Source of the DNA: Callorhinchus milii
Lineage: Eukaryota
Direction of reading: 5' to 3'
Assembly: GCF_018977255.1 (NCBI RefSeq)
Contig: NW_024704743.1
Coordinates: 93,250,001 to 93,314,000 of the forward strand
DNA: 64,000 bases
Positions 1-12,559 of the stretch are shown here, piece by piece. Below the pieces are notes generated by a model. The model saw only the letters and a list, made by a program, of their open reading frames with translations, was not told where the DNA came from and did not search any database. Each line of letters begins with the position of its first letter. Position 1 is the first letter of the stretch. The position numbers and the translations under genes were made by a program.

Positions 1-144
1 TCCTCCATAGGCAGAAAATGAGGTCTCCTTGGAGCTGAACTGGCAGCAAAGTGACATGTTTTGCAACGGAATGTCAGAATCAAGCCAACAGTCTGTGGCA
101 GTCTCAGTAGGTGTGCTTACAGTCAACTCCCCTCTCCCTCTCCC

Positions 145-530
145 CCTAGTCACTGGGGGCCAGGGACTCTTCCCACTCAGCTCCCATTAATTCTGCAAGC
201 CAAAGTCCTAAAAAAATTGGATAGTTCCAGCTGGACAAGGAACGGGAAAACTTGCAAGACGGTGCTCTCAATGGGAAACTATGCATTTCTTAGCTGGTTA
301 GTCTTCAGCAGTATTCCAATGCACACTCTGGGGTTCCCAAGCCTTGGCTTTTGCCAACCTGAGCCTAATACTCTCCGGAATTAGGTAAGCAGGATGCATC
401 CCTCCAGGGAGAGAGTTAACTTTCCATTCCAATAAATATCTCTGGAATTTCCGTGTGTAGATGGGATGTTTGGAGCTCTCAGTTTGGTTTGCATAAGCAC
501 AGTGATGGCTTTTTGCATGTGTCAGACATC
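145..530 (+). repeat. Unclassified ancient ~400-bp interspersed repeat, copy 1
   Basis: Shares blocks cactcagctcccattaa, ttagctggtta, ggaattaggtaagcaggatg, ctctcagtttggtttg and catgtgtcagac with copies at ~2797-3105(-), 3573-3775(-), 5520-5865(+), 23495-23840(+) and 26225-26515(+). Strand label is arbitrary. Confidence 0.8.
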
Positions 531-807
531 AAGCTGTCAACAAAAAAAACTTTCTCCTCATCCTTTTCTTTCTCCCTCTCTCTTTCTCTCTTTAGCATTG
601 AGAACAATAGTGTAGGGGAACTGAACAAGTTAACATAATAATAATAATAGTAATCCTTGCATTTGATATACACTTTTTACATGAGAAGGATGTTTTAAGC
701 TATTTAAAGCATTAATTCTAAAGTGTATTGACTATGTAGTTTGTAGGCAAATATTTAATCACCAATGGCAAAATATTGTAGAGAGTTCCTTTTTTTAGAT
801 CGGCTGA

Positions 808-2795
808 GTGTCTGAACAATCAACGGTGAAGATATTCAAGTGGAAGAGGACTAATTTTAGTGAGTTAAAAGGGATCCAGGAAATTGGGATTAAAATAAAA
901 CAAAAAAAGGAAGCTCATGATAAATGTCAGGTCCAAAATACAGAAGATAATCAAATAGAAATAGAGAAAGTACAGAGGAGAACTAAAAAAGGAAATAAGA
1001 GGGGCAAAGAGATTGTATGAAAAAAGATTAGTGACTGGCATAAAAGGGAACTGTAAATTATTTTATAAGCATATAAAAACGTAGTCAAAGGTAGGGTAGG
1101 TCCAATTAGGGACCAAATAGGAAATCTTCTTGTGGAAGCAGAGGGCATGGCGACATACTGAAAGAGCACTTTATATCTGTCTTCACAAAAAAGAGGATGC
1201 AGCCAATGGCACAGCATCGGAGGAGAGGGTAGAGAAATTGGATAAGGTAAGAATAAACCGAGAGGAGGTACTAAAAAGGTTGATGGTGCTCAAGGTAGAT
1301 AAGTCACCCAGTCCAGAGGGGCTGCATCCTAGGTTACTGAGGGACGTAAGGGTGGAAATAATGGAGGCTCTGGCCATAACCTTTCAATTCTCCTTGTACA
1401 CTGGGATGGTGCCAGAGGACTGTAGGGTTGCAAATCTTACTACCCTGTAAAAAAAGGGGCAGAAGGATAAACCTGGGAAGGACAGGCCAGTCATCTTAAC
1501 GTCAGTAGTGGGGAAACTTCTAGAGACTATAATCCGGAACAAAATAAATTTTCACTTAGAAAAATATGGGTTAATAAAGTTTTTTGATGAAGTAACGGAA
1601 AGGGTGGATGAAGGTGGTCAATTGATGTAGTTTATATGGATTTTCAAAGGGCGTTTGCCACATAAGAGACTTGTAAGCAAAATAGAAGCCCATGGTATGA
1701 AAGGGATAGTGGCAGTATGAATACAGAACTGTTTGGGAAAGAGAAAGCAGAGAGTGGTGCTGAAAGGTTGTTTTTCTGATTGGAGGGAAGTGTGCAGTGG
1801 TGTCCTCCAGGGGTTGGTATTGGGACCACTGCTGTTTTTGATCTATATAAATGATCTGGACTTGGGTATATGGAGCACCATTGCAGATGACACTCAGCTA
1901 GGAAAAGTTAAACAATGAAGAGAATAGTAGCAGACCTCAAGAAGATATAGACAGACTGGTAAAATGGGCAGGTATGTGTCAGCTGAAGTTTAATGTGGAT
2001 AAATGCAAAGTGATGCATTTTGGGAGAAGAATGAGGAGAGCCAATATAAGCTGATGGTAGAATCTTAAAGGGGGTGAAGGAATATAGAGACCTGGGGGTT
2101 CATATAAGTAAATCTTTGAAGGTGGCAGGACAGGTAGATAAAGCTGTTAAAAAAGCATATGTGATACTAGGCTTTATAAATAGGGGCAAAGACTACAACA
2201 ATCAGGAAGTTATGATGAACCTTTATAAAACACTGGTTAGGCCTCAGCTGGAGACTGTGTTCAGTTCTGGACACCACACTTTAGGAAGGATGTCAAGGCA
2301 TTGGAGAGGGTGCAAAGGAGATTTACCAGGATGGCACCAGGAATGAGGGACTTTGATTATGAGGAGAGGCGAGAGAAGCTAGGATTATTCTCCTTGGAGC
2401 AGAGAAGGTTATGAGGAAACCTAATTGAAGTTTTCAAAATGATGAAGGCATTCGATACGGTGAACTGGAGAAACTATTTCCACTGACGTACGGGTCAGTA
2501 ACCCAAGGACACCAATTTAACATAGTTGTTAAAAGAAACAGAGGGGAGGTAAAGAGAAATTTTTTCACACAGTGAGTTGTTCGGATCTGGTATGCATTGC
2601 CTGAAAGGGTGGTGGAAGCCGATTCGATAACAACTTTTAAGAGCAAGTAGATAATTATTTGGGAAGGACAAGTTTGCAAGGCTATAGGGAGAGAGTGGGG
2701 AGTGGGATTGAATTGGATAGCTCTTTTCAAAGAGCCGGCACAGACACGATGGGCTGAATGACCTCCTTCTGTGCTGTATAATTCTATGATTCTAT
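808..2795 (+). mobile_element. CR1-clade LINE, 5'-truncated, ORF2/RT remnant plus 3' UTR
   Basis: Frameshifted RT motifs DKSPSPEGLHPRLLR, SGVLQGLVLGPLLFLIYINDL, IADDTQLG and YKTLVRPQLE; ends ...ccttctgtgctgtata(attctatg)2, the CR1 octamer tail. Confidence 0.95.
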
Positions 2796-2796
2796 G

Positions 2797-3105
2797 TAGA
2801 AACCCATCACCATGCTTAAGAGTATCCAAACCAAACTGAGAATTCCATACATGCCAACTAGACATGGAAATTGAATGGAATATGCAGTCTCCCACAAGAA
2901 GGACACACTCTGCTTACCCATTCCACAGAGTATGAGGCGCAGGTTGACAAGAGCCAAGTTTGGAGACTCCAGGGTGCATTGGGATACAGCTGGAGTTTAA
3001 CCAGCTAAAATCTCATAGCTTGTCATCGATATTGCAGTCTGGCAAGGTTGCCATTGCTTGTCCAGCTAGAGCTAGTCTACCAGTTATGGCTTTGGCTTGC
3101 AAAGT
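2797..3105 (-). repeat. Unclassified ~400-bp repeat, copy 2
   Basis: Reverse complement aligns to 190-510 (tgcaagccaaag, agctggacaag, ttagctggttaaactcc, ctcttaagcatggtgatgggtttc). Confidence 0.8.
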
Positions 3106-3572
3106 TAAAAGAGATGAGCGGGGAGCAAGAGTTAAGTTACTAGCATTATAGAAACTAAAATAATCATGCTTGAGAAAATATTTTCATGGTATTAGTTTTT
3201 TTGCTTTTTAAATGCTGAGTAATTTGAATGAATATTAGATAGAGACAATGATTACAGTTATTAAGTGCAGCATTTAATAAGTATGTTTGTGATATTCTGA
3301 AGTTAATTACTGAGAAAAAAGTGTTTTAATTTAGTAATAAAATGCAAATAAGAGTCATGAAGCAATTTCTGCAAAAAAGTACCCATGAGTGTTGTGAAAT
3401 ATAGTCACAAAGAGTTAAAGACTGAAATCTTTCCTGGTATATTTACTCTGCAAATATTTTCAATATTTTTAAAACAAAACTGAATGTAATGTGATAGTGA
3501 CTTCAAACTGCAGTATATACCTTTTGAAAATAAATATTTTATGGAACTAAACCTAATGTTTTAATCCACTGG

Positions 3573-3775
3573 GAGTCTGACACATGTGGAAACCAATTAC
3601 CATGCTTAAGAGCCTCCAGACCAAATTACTGAGAGTTCCAAAATGTGTAATTTCTCCCTTAAGGGATGCTGCTTGTTTACTTAATTCCAAATTACTTGGG
3701 TGGAGGTTAGCAAGAACAAGAGCTAAACCTTGGTGACTCCAGAATGTGCATTGAGGTACTGCTGGAGTTTAAGCC
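3573..3775 (-). repeat. Unclassified ~400-bp repeat, copy 3 (partial)
   Basis: gtctgacacatgtggaaacc...catgcttaagag...gcattgaggtactgctggagttt matches the other copies. Confidence 0.75.
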
Positions 3776-3784
3776 GTTGTCTAC

Positions 3785-4690
3785 AGCAACAACATATTGC
3801 ATTTCTATAGCACCTTTCACATCACAGGGATATATGAAGATGCTGAGCAGTCCAGGATTTGCACCTGAGCTGGGGGCTTGATTCAGGATGAGTGGAGGCC
3901 AAGGGGGGAGATGACCTAAGTGTGATCGAAGAGGAAGGTCTTAAGATGGACTTTGAAAGAGGTGAGGAAGGGATAAGGTGAGAAGACTTCTGGATGGAGT
4001 TCCAAAGAGTGAGGAAGATACAATACAATACAAAATTACATTTGTAAAGCGCCTTTCATGTTGGGAGAAGGTCCCAAGGCACTGAACAGACAGGGATTCA
4101 GACCTGAGCGGAAGGGTGGAGTTTTGGGTTCAGGGACGGTGAACGGCAAAGAGGGTAGGAGGGTGGCTGAAGACATTGTTGAAGTAGAGGGTCCTGAGGT
4201 GTGCCTTGAAGGAGGAAAGGAAGGGAGCGAGGTGAAGGTTGAAGCAGAGAGGCTGAAGGCCCAACAGCCGATGATGGGGCAGGCCAAGTGGGAACATGGA
4301 GCAGGCCAGAGCCTGCTGAGCAGTAGGAGCAGACAGGTTGATAAGGGGTCAGCAGGTCAGAGAAGTAGGAGGGGGCAAGGCCATGGAGAGCCTTGAATGT
4401 GAGGACGAGAATTCTGAACTCGAATCTCTGAGGGGTGGGGAGTCAGTGAAGCCGGGGTAGGGTGGGTGTGAGACTGAAAGCCAGAGTAGTGATGCTGGGG
4501 TGAGCAGGATGAGGGATGTGAAACAGCCCAGTGCCTGGTTAGCGGTGGGAATGGGCAGGTTGAAAGGATTTAAGAAGGATGGGACAAAACTGTGGATAGA
4601 GTTTTAAAAGCGAAAATGAGTTTTAAATGTGAGAATGAGGATATTGAACTCAATCTTCTGGGGGATGGGGGCCAGTGGAGTGGGGTGAGG
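3785..4690 (-). mobile_element. Stacked L2-clade LINE 3' fragments
   Basis: Two tails (caacaac...ttgcatttctatagcacctttcac and (caata)n...catttgtaaagcgcctttcatg), each followed by 3' ORF2 homology such as 'CPIIGCWAFSLSA'. Confidence 0.85.
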
Positions 4691-5266
4691 ATAGACCAAC
4701 ACTTCCCATTAGAGCTTTGACTTGCTGGGTTAACAGAAGCCAAAAGGGAAGATCCCTTCCTCAATTATTGGTCTACAACTCCAATTCTTGATAACAAACT
4801 AGACTGGCTGGTCCATCGTCAACAGTGCCTTGGAGTACTGAGGAATTGCCTGGCTCAGGTAAAAGACTACCAAAACTGCGAAAGGGAATCGATTCAATTC
4901 CAATCTTCCTTTGTGAGGCAGATCGCCCTGGAGTGTACTCAGTTCAGAGCCGTGAGCAGCAAGGGGCCTGGTCTCTCCATCATACACACACGGTTACGCA
5001 ACGTATTGCTACACACAATGTACAATACAGAATGGTGGTGCCGAGTTAGTGGGGGTTTGGGGGGGGAAACAAGTGCAATGGGGACAACTCTACTGGGGAC
5101 AAGAATGAGGTTACACACAATCAAAGAAACAAAACACACAAAAATATTCATGTTACACAAGATAATCGTGTTGTGGGGAGAGGTGGGGAGACGAGGGCAG
5201 GGAACAGAAAAAGTTAATGCTGGAGAACAAGGAGCGACAGAGACTGTGCACAGGACAGAGGCTGTG

Positions 5267-5328
5267 CTGGCACAGACTCCATGGGCCGAATGGACACCTT
5301 CTGTACTGTTTAATTCTATGGTTCTATG
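5267..5328 (+). mobile_element. CR1 3' terminal fragment
   Basis: gctggcacagactccatgggccgaatggacaccttctgtactg...ttctatggttctatg matches the tail at 2735-2795. Confidence 0.8.
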
Positions 5329-5519
5329 GACAGGAACAGGATCTATCCATAGCTCAGCACTTATTTCATGCTGCTTGGCAATGGAATATCGGAATCAAAT
5401 CAACCGTTTGAGGCGGTCTCATGAATCAAATTCCTGAGCCAGGCAGGTCCACCGTTCTTTGAGCCACTGCTGATGATAGTCCAGTCAGCCCAACTCATTC
5501 ATAGGACTTGGAGGGCCAA

Positions 5520-5865
5520 ACCAGTCACTGTAGGCAACGATTCTACTCACTCAGCTCCCATTAAAGCTATAATGAGTGGACCTTGTTGGATAAGCAGTGG
5601 AAGCTTGCCAGATAGTGCTTTCAATGGCAAACTATGCAGTTTTAGCTGGTTAAGCTACAGTAGTACTTCAATCCCACTGGGGTCCCCAAGTCTTGTTTTT
5701 ATTGTCAGCTTGCACCTCATGCTCTCTGGAGTTAAGGGGGTGGGATGCATTCCTCCGTGGAGAGAGTGCATATTCCATTCTAAACACATGAATTCCAGGT
5801 GGTATAGAATTTTGAATTTGGTTTACATACTCTTAAGCATACTGACAGGTTTTCCCATGTGTTAA
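5520..5865 (+). repeat. Unclassified ~400-bp repeat, copy 4
   Basis: cactcagctcccattaa, ttttagctggttaag, ggagagagtgcatattccattc and tactcttaagcat are shared with copy 1. Confidence 0.75.
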
Positions 5866-6374
5866 CCACAAGCTGACCAAAGATTGGGGCTTATGTATAT
5901 CCTTTGGGAGAGCAGTGAGAGCAACAGTCATCTCCAACTGAAGTTTGATGCCCAAAATAGGAAACTTCTCTTTTGTTTACTTTATGGCTGTTTTTGGGAT
6001 GCTACTGGGTGCAAATCGACTGCCATGTTCACCTGCAAATACACAGGAATTACACTTTACTATGAAGCAAAAGGCGCTATATCAAATGTAAGGATCGTTA
6101 TTTTCTCAGTACTGATATTTCTGGAGAATATATATACAGGTAACTAACATTATTAAAAAAAACTATTGTAGCAAATGCAGTTGGTAGCAAGAATATATGA
6201 AGCAAGCAGTTTCACAATTCAATATTAATAAGATGTAAATTGCTAAATTCTTATACAGTACCATTAATAGACAGATTAATTACAGAAACATCAGGGTAAA
6301 TTAATAAGGGAATTTGGACAGCATGCTAACAATGATCTACATTTTAGTCCATCAAACATGGCTGTGGGTGTTAG

Positions 6375-7120
6375 CATGGCTCAGCTGTAGCATTCTCATC
6401 TCTGCCTCAGAAGGCTGTGGGTTTAATCCCCATATTGGTACTCCAAACTCACATGATTTTGAGTTTCCATAGCACAATGGATAGCGCACTTGCCTTGCAA
6501 TCGAGAGGACCCAGGTTCGGTTCCCGGGTGGGGCGAAACCTTAGGCAAGTTTCCTTACTCCACACACCTCTGCTTACCTAACAGTAAGTAGAATCCTGTA
6601 TGTTAGTCGATTGGTGGAGCACTTTCTGGGGTTAACAATCCCTCCAAAAAAAAAACTTACTCAATCCACGACAGCGAATCCATGGCAAATGCAATTGGCT
6701 TCACTCACAAAATACCCAGTCAATCCACATTACAATATATTCTGTGAAGCAATTTAAGACAACGCAACAACGTGATAAGGTGCTATTTCACATGCAAGGA
6801 TTACTATTATTATAATACATGGGGAGCACTGCATTGTTTGAGGTCCCATTGTTCAGATGAAAAGTTAAACTGGCTGTTCAGGTGGATGTTAAAGATGTCA
6901 TGGCAATATTTGAAAAGGGAATTTCTCATGGGGTCCTGGCCAACAACTTCCTACAGGTCATTCACTTCATGGCTTTTTTGGGGACATTGATGCGTACAAA
7001 TGAAGTGCTGTGTTTGCCTACAATATACACAGTCACTACACTATACAGTGTGTCCTGTGAAGTGCTTTGAGACATTTTTCTGATGTGAAAGCTCCACATG
7101 AAATAAATGATGATGATAAT
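6375..7120 (+). mobile_element. Old Deu-domain SINE interrupted by a younger tRNA-Ala SINE (~6455-6815)
   Basis: Old head at ~6375-6440. Its body resumes at ~6820 (gcactgcattg...cagatgaaaagttaaac...gtcctggccaaca...gctttgagac). The inner copy has the B-box ggttcggttccc and the tail gcaaggattactattatt. Confidence 0.7.
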
Positions 7121-7921
7121 TAGAAAGACATTGATGGACAGAGTTTGTTGAGGATTTGTTGAGCCGGTGTATGTATCAGCTGGTAGCTTTTGGATGGTGG
7201 AATTAGGGAGACCAATATTATACAGCATTGCTGCCAAAATTACATAGCATTGCTGCCCAAAAAGTTGGCAACTTGCCACCAAACCAAAGTTATAAAGTCA
7301 CCACCAAGTCAGTAGCCCAGGTACATGAACAAAGTTGCAATAACACTTCTGACTGTAAGAAAGTTAAAATCATAAAATGTCAAATGCTTAAACAGTTCTG
7401 ATCATGTAAAAGACATCATCATCCAGGAGTTACAACATCTCGAATGAACTGCTTATCAATTTTTGTTCATGTTAACACTTTTCAAATCAATGAAAATCAG
7501 CCAAAAATCTTTGAGTACCGAAACTGAACTTTCAGCAAATACATTACTGCAGTGACATTTTAATTAGTTATACCATTAAATGATCAGAATGCATTAAGAG
7601 AAATTCAAATTGAGGGAAACGATAATAGCTTTGGTTTTATTAGAAATTTCAATAGAGTCCTATGTCAAAGCCCCAGGAAATTGGATTCTGACATTTTTAT
7701 ACCTTCCAAATTTATTTTGATCTGTGGATTGCTTTATTTTTTCTATTAATAATTGCTTCACATCATATATCTTTCCTCAGTCTACAAGCAGGTTGGTCAA
7801 GTCCGTGGACCAAACTGTGGAGATTAATAAATATCACTTTGGGGTTCAGTGAATACCTCTCCAATACTTTCCCCTAAGGAAATAGGATGGATGAGGTGGA
7901 GTCCATAATGATAACAGTTTA

Positions 7922-8087
7922 CAAAAGGCAAAATACTGCAGATGCTGGAAATCTGGTATAAACACAGAAGTCACTGGGAACACGCAGCAGGTCAGGCAGC
8001 ATCTATGGAGAGAGGAAAATAATTTCACTGAAATGTTCACTCATTTTCGTCTCTCCATAAATGCTGCCTGACCTGCTGCATGTTCCC
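7922..8087. mobile_element. Penelope-like element terminal-repeat fold-back with 11-bp TSD
   Basis: ataacagttta flanks both sides (7911-7921, 8088-8098). Arms 7976-8020 and 8043-8087 are 42/45 complementary. aaatactgcagatgctggaaatctg...gcagcaggtcaggcagcatc resembles the common chondrichthyan PLE terminus (from memory). Confidence 0.75.
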
Positions 8088-8220
8088 ATAACAGTTTAGC
8101 TTTGAGGATATGATAAGAGCTGACCTGATGAGCCAAGTGCCTGTTCTTCTACCATTCATATGTTATTGACATATAAATGTGCGTAAATTCCATTAAATTA
8201 GCCCATCGCAGGATGGATAA

Positions 8221-8790
8221 TTATAATAATAATAATCCTTGCATTTGACATAGTGCCTTATATAGTCAAATATAAATTCACTTTACAGTATATTCTGTGA
8301 AGCAGAATATACTGTAAAGTGAATTGACTATATATTTTGTGGGCAAAAGTCTGTAAGTTTGCAAGACAGGCCTGCAGGTTCATTGCTCCAAAACACTATC
8401 CTGCATGAAGGGTTCTATATGAATGTAAGTTGTTGTTGTTGCATTTCCTATTCCAAGAAGCTGGAAGAGCAAAAATAAGTATAAAATCTAGTATAGTAAT
8501 TGCAGCTGTATATAAGTTGTATAGATCTTTGAGATTTTAATTGGTAACAGCAGTGTCCCACAAACAGCCATGGATTGAGTAAACAAATTGTTTTTATTTA
8601 TTTTGAAGGAATTATTACCCCCGGAAAAGTTATCCACCAATCAATTAACACCGGGTTCCTACTTACTGCTTGGTAAACAGAGGTGTGTGGAATAAGGAAA
8701 CTTGCCCAACATTTCTGCCTGCCGGGAACTTAACCCAGGTCCTCTCCCCTGCGAGGCGAGTCCTCTAACCAGTTAGCTACAAGACGCCTA
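8221..8790 (-). mobile_element. tRNA-derived Deu-SINE (long variant), rearranged
   Basis: Tail (aat)n ccttgcatttga; head ctctaaccagttagctaca; internal fold-back at 8275-8325 and a ~200-bp interruption at ~8350-8545. Confidence 0.85.
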
Positions 8791-9283
8791 ATTGAGAGGA
8801 AGCCTACTGGGAATTAAGATTTATCGTAAAAAGCTGGTGGTACCAAGTGTAACTATACTTTTAAAATTAATCTCTCTTTTGTTTGTCTTTCTGCCACTCT
8901 CTATCCATCCAATTTCCCTATGGCTTTGTTCTCTTTCCGTCTCACACTGTCTTTCAGCCATTCACTTAGTCACACATTTAAACTAAAATCAACAAGGCAA
9001 ATGGATTGCTAAGCTATATTGCCAAATCAGTTTAGTTTTTAGATCCCCAGATGTGATACTCTTGAACAGGACAATATATATCTAGTTCTAACTTACAGTG
9101 GATAAAGTTTGCAATGTTTTAAGATTATTCTGTGTTAATTTACACAATCCCTGGGCTCTTTGGCCCAGGAATCATCTTCTACCAATTGGTAGAAAACACA
9201 AATTTATACCAGTGTGTTTTAAAACACTCGAAACGTTCCAAAGTTTTATATTGTACCTATATAAAATTGTTTGTCCACAAAAT

Positions 9284-10545
9284 CCGCAGACATGGTACCG
9301 CAGACATGGTACCACAGACATGGGGTTAACTTCCACATGTATGCGGATGACACCCAACTCTATCTTTCTGCTTCCACCCTCAATTCCAGGACCACTGCTG
9401 TCCTGACAGACTGTCTGTCGGACATCAAGTCCTGGATGAGGACAAACTTCCTACAGTTGAATGTGAACAAGACTGAGGCCCTCCTGATTGGCTCACGCCA
9501 GCGCCTCAGCATCTCAGGCTCTGGCAGCATCAACCTCCATGGTTGCCCACTACAACTCACCAAGCCAGTCAGGAGCCTAGGTGTCTTGTTTGACCCTCAA
9601 CTGTCTTTTCTTCCCCACATCCAATCCATGACCCACTCTGCCTTCTTTCACCTCCGTAACACCACCCGACTCCGCCACTACCTCACCCCTCAGGCCGCTG
9701 AAACTCTTGTTCTCTTTGACCGTGCCTTCAGCTCCCCTCTCGACTCTCTTCCCCCTCCTCGCTCCCTCCCTTCCCTCCCCTCACCCTGACCATTTCCCCC
9801 CTCCTCGCTCCCTCCCTTCCCTCCCCTCACCCTGACCATTCCCCCCTGCTCGAGTCATGACCCAACTGTGCAGCGCCTTGGGACGTCCTCCTGACGTGAA
9901 AGGCGCTTTATAAATGGAATCTTGTTGTTGTTGTTGTTGTTCATGCCTTCATCACCTCCAGGCTCGACTATGCAAACGCCCTGCTTGTCGGCCTTCCCAA
10001 CTCCTCCCTCCACAGGCTGCAGATAATCCAGAACTCTGCAGCCCGTATCCTTTTCTGCACCAAACTCCGTGACCCCATCTCCCCCATTCTCACCCGACTC
10101 CATTGGCTCCCTATCCTTCAGAGGATCCAGTTCAAAATCCTGGTCCTCACATACAAAGCCCTCAATGGTCTCACACCACCCTATCCCTGTGAACTTCTAA
10201 CCGCTTACCAACTCGCCCTCTCCCTCTGCTCAGCTGGCTCTGGCCTGCTCCACGTCTCCTGACTCACCCGCCCCACCATTGGTGGGAGAGCCTTCAGCGA
10301 CTCTGCCCCCAACCTCTGGAACTCCATTCCCCAATCATTCCGTCTCGCTCCTTCCTTAGCCTACTTCAAGTCCTGCTTCAAAACCCTTCTCTTCAACCAT
10401 ACCATTGGTCACCCCCCTTCCCCTCCCCTCCCTTCTCCCCCTTGACCCTAGCTTGGGTCTGAAATGCTGTACACTGTCCAGTAGCTTGGGACGTCCTCCC
10501 GACGTGAAAGGCGCTATACAAATGTAATCTTGTTGTTGTTATTTG
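9284..10545 (+). mobile_element. L2-clade LINE 3' portion (RT YADD to tail) with a nested young L2 3' UTR (~9712-9940)
   Basis: [18 protein letters not shown]...FLQLNVNKTE. The host ORF resumes at 9941 (catgccttcatcacc) after a (ttg)n tail. Final tail is gggacgtcctcccgacgtgaaaggcgctatac...ttgttgttg. Confidence 0.95.
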
Positions 10546-12117
10546 ACATGGGACAGTGAAATTAAGAAATCCAATGGATGACAAAGAATTAAAAGTGAAG
10601 CCATCAAAGAAAAAAAAGGAAGAAAATTTGGTTGGACATCTGAGAGAATCAAGAATAAGCTTATCATAGGAACAACAAGAGGTCATTCAGCCCATCGAGA
10701 TCTTTTTACCAGTTTATTAGATATTAGCAGACATTTTAATTCCAGTGTTCCACTCTTTTGTCATACTTCTTTATATCTCTGCTACCCAAGTATGTATATC
10801 ACTCTTTTAAACATCACCTCTTCACACTAATGCGACTACCACTACCACATAGGGTAGACTTGATTCCAACATTCCTTTGCCAAGCCTGTCTTCTTGGAAC
10901 CAATTCAGCTCCAAAGAGACCCCACTTATCTCCCAATTACCTCCGCACAAGGCGGCTAATCACTAGTTGGTCATTTGATACCTCACAAGCATAGCCCTGA
11001 CTAGGTAGATGGCAGCTACCAGGAGTTCTGTGTGAGCTTCTCAGTGAGCAGCCCAGCTCAACATGAAATGTATGAGAACATTGCCACCATCTTCCTTCCC
11101 ATAGTTTGGACACACATTCTTATTGCCTTGTGAAAGGAATGAAGGATATGGAAAGTGAGAGTCGGCATCTGATCTGCATACCAATGAAGCTCTTTCAATG
11201 TTTGGATCTGAAATCAGACACATTAGCCACACATTCAAACTAAAACTACTATCATCAACAGAAAACAGAAAAAATCACATTTACGCCCCTGTGCCAAAGA
11301 ACTCATTTTAGGTATTACATTATAGCATTTCAGAAATGAAAGCTTCACTTCAGCTGCCAGATGTTCTCTATTAATCTGGTCTGTCTAGCTTCTCTACTTG
11401 ACTAGAATCAGTTGATACACAAGAATCAAGGCATGGTGCTGGATAATAAGGAGCCACATCAGTGATTGTGTTTATTGCCTCACACAGCATTTATATTCAG
11501 AGAGGGAAACCATTTTCAATTATGAAAAATGCTACTCTTTCTAAAAGTGTTTAGGTTGGCACGTGTAAGCAATCATTTGACGTCAGCAAAAGTCAGATCT
11601 CTCCTTTGACTTACAATTGATGCTGAGACTCAAAGAGAAAACATCTATACTGATACGGGAATTGTAAATTGTGACATATCTTTATCCGTGAAAAAAATTT
11701 TTGATTCAAGATTAGTTCCCACTAGATACTAGGAGAATTGGATCTTGTGGCATTAAAGCGGAGCACAGTAGAAAGCTTCACACAAACACACAAGATGTAT
11801 GCTGTCTCTAAAAGTCAAATCCTTAATATTTTTTCACATTCAAGCTTTGCTAGCTGTTTTTATGCTAAGCTCTCTGATCCTTTTTTTTATTCAACAATAA
11901 ATGTAGTTTTGGACTCTCTCATTTATTCTAGTTGAGTATATCCATCTTTTCTCCTGCAGTACAGTATTGTTATAGCTAAACAGCACACAGTGCTGTAAGA
12001 AATCACAAGAGAGGTTCTAATAAAGAGGGCCATTTGAAGCTTTTGATCTTATCCTTCTGATAAACCCACCCACAAGAAAGGTCCGGATTCACAAATGTTA
12101 GGTGAAAATCTCTGACT

Positions 12118-12175
12118 GGGACGTCCTCCTGACGTGAAAGGCGCTTTATAAATGGAATCTTGTTGTTGTTGTTGT
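12118..12175 (+). mobile_element. 58-bp ultra-truncated young L2 tail with TSD
   Basis: gggacgtcctcctgacgtgaaaggcgctttataaatggaatc(ttg)n is identical to the tails at ~9880-9935 and ~44332-44395; tgact is duplicated at 12113-12117 and 12176-12180. Confidence 0.9.
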
Positions 12176-12559
12176 TGACTTATGCAAAAAAAACAACTTA
12201 GAGTATACCGGTCTGTGAGTGCCCTTGGATTCATGATCATGGTTGAGCTCCAAACTAGCCAAGAGTATCAATTGGATTCTGCAGACCTGCAAAGTGGTGT
12301 ATCTGCTTGGTGGAATTACCGTTACTCACAAAGAAAATTAAGGATTTCAGAATTACCTATAATCTTTTTTTACTGGTTGTGAATGAAATAATTAATTAAT
12401 TGAATTAACTGAATAAAATTTTGTGCTCCTTGTTCCAAGTCTTGTGCCAAACTGCTTTTAATGGTATATTGCAGTGGTGGCCAACCCATGGCCCACCTTC
12501 CCAGATGAGCCCGCAGGGCCATCAAGAATTAGCCCACTGAACATTTGCACTAGTGTAGG

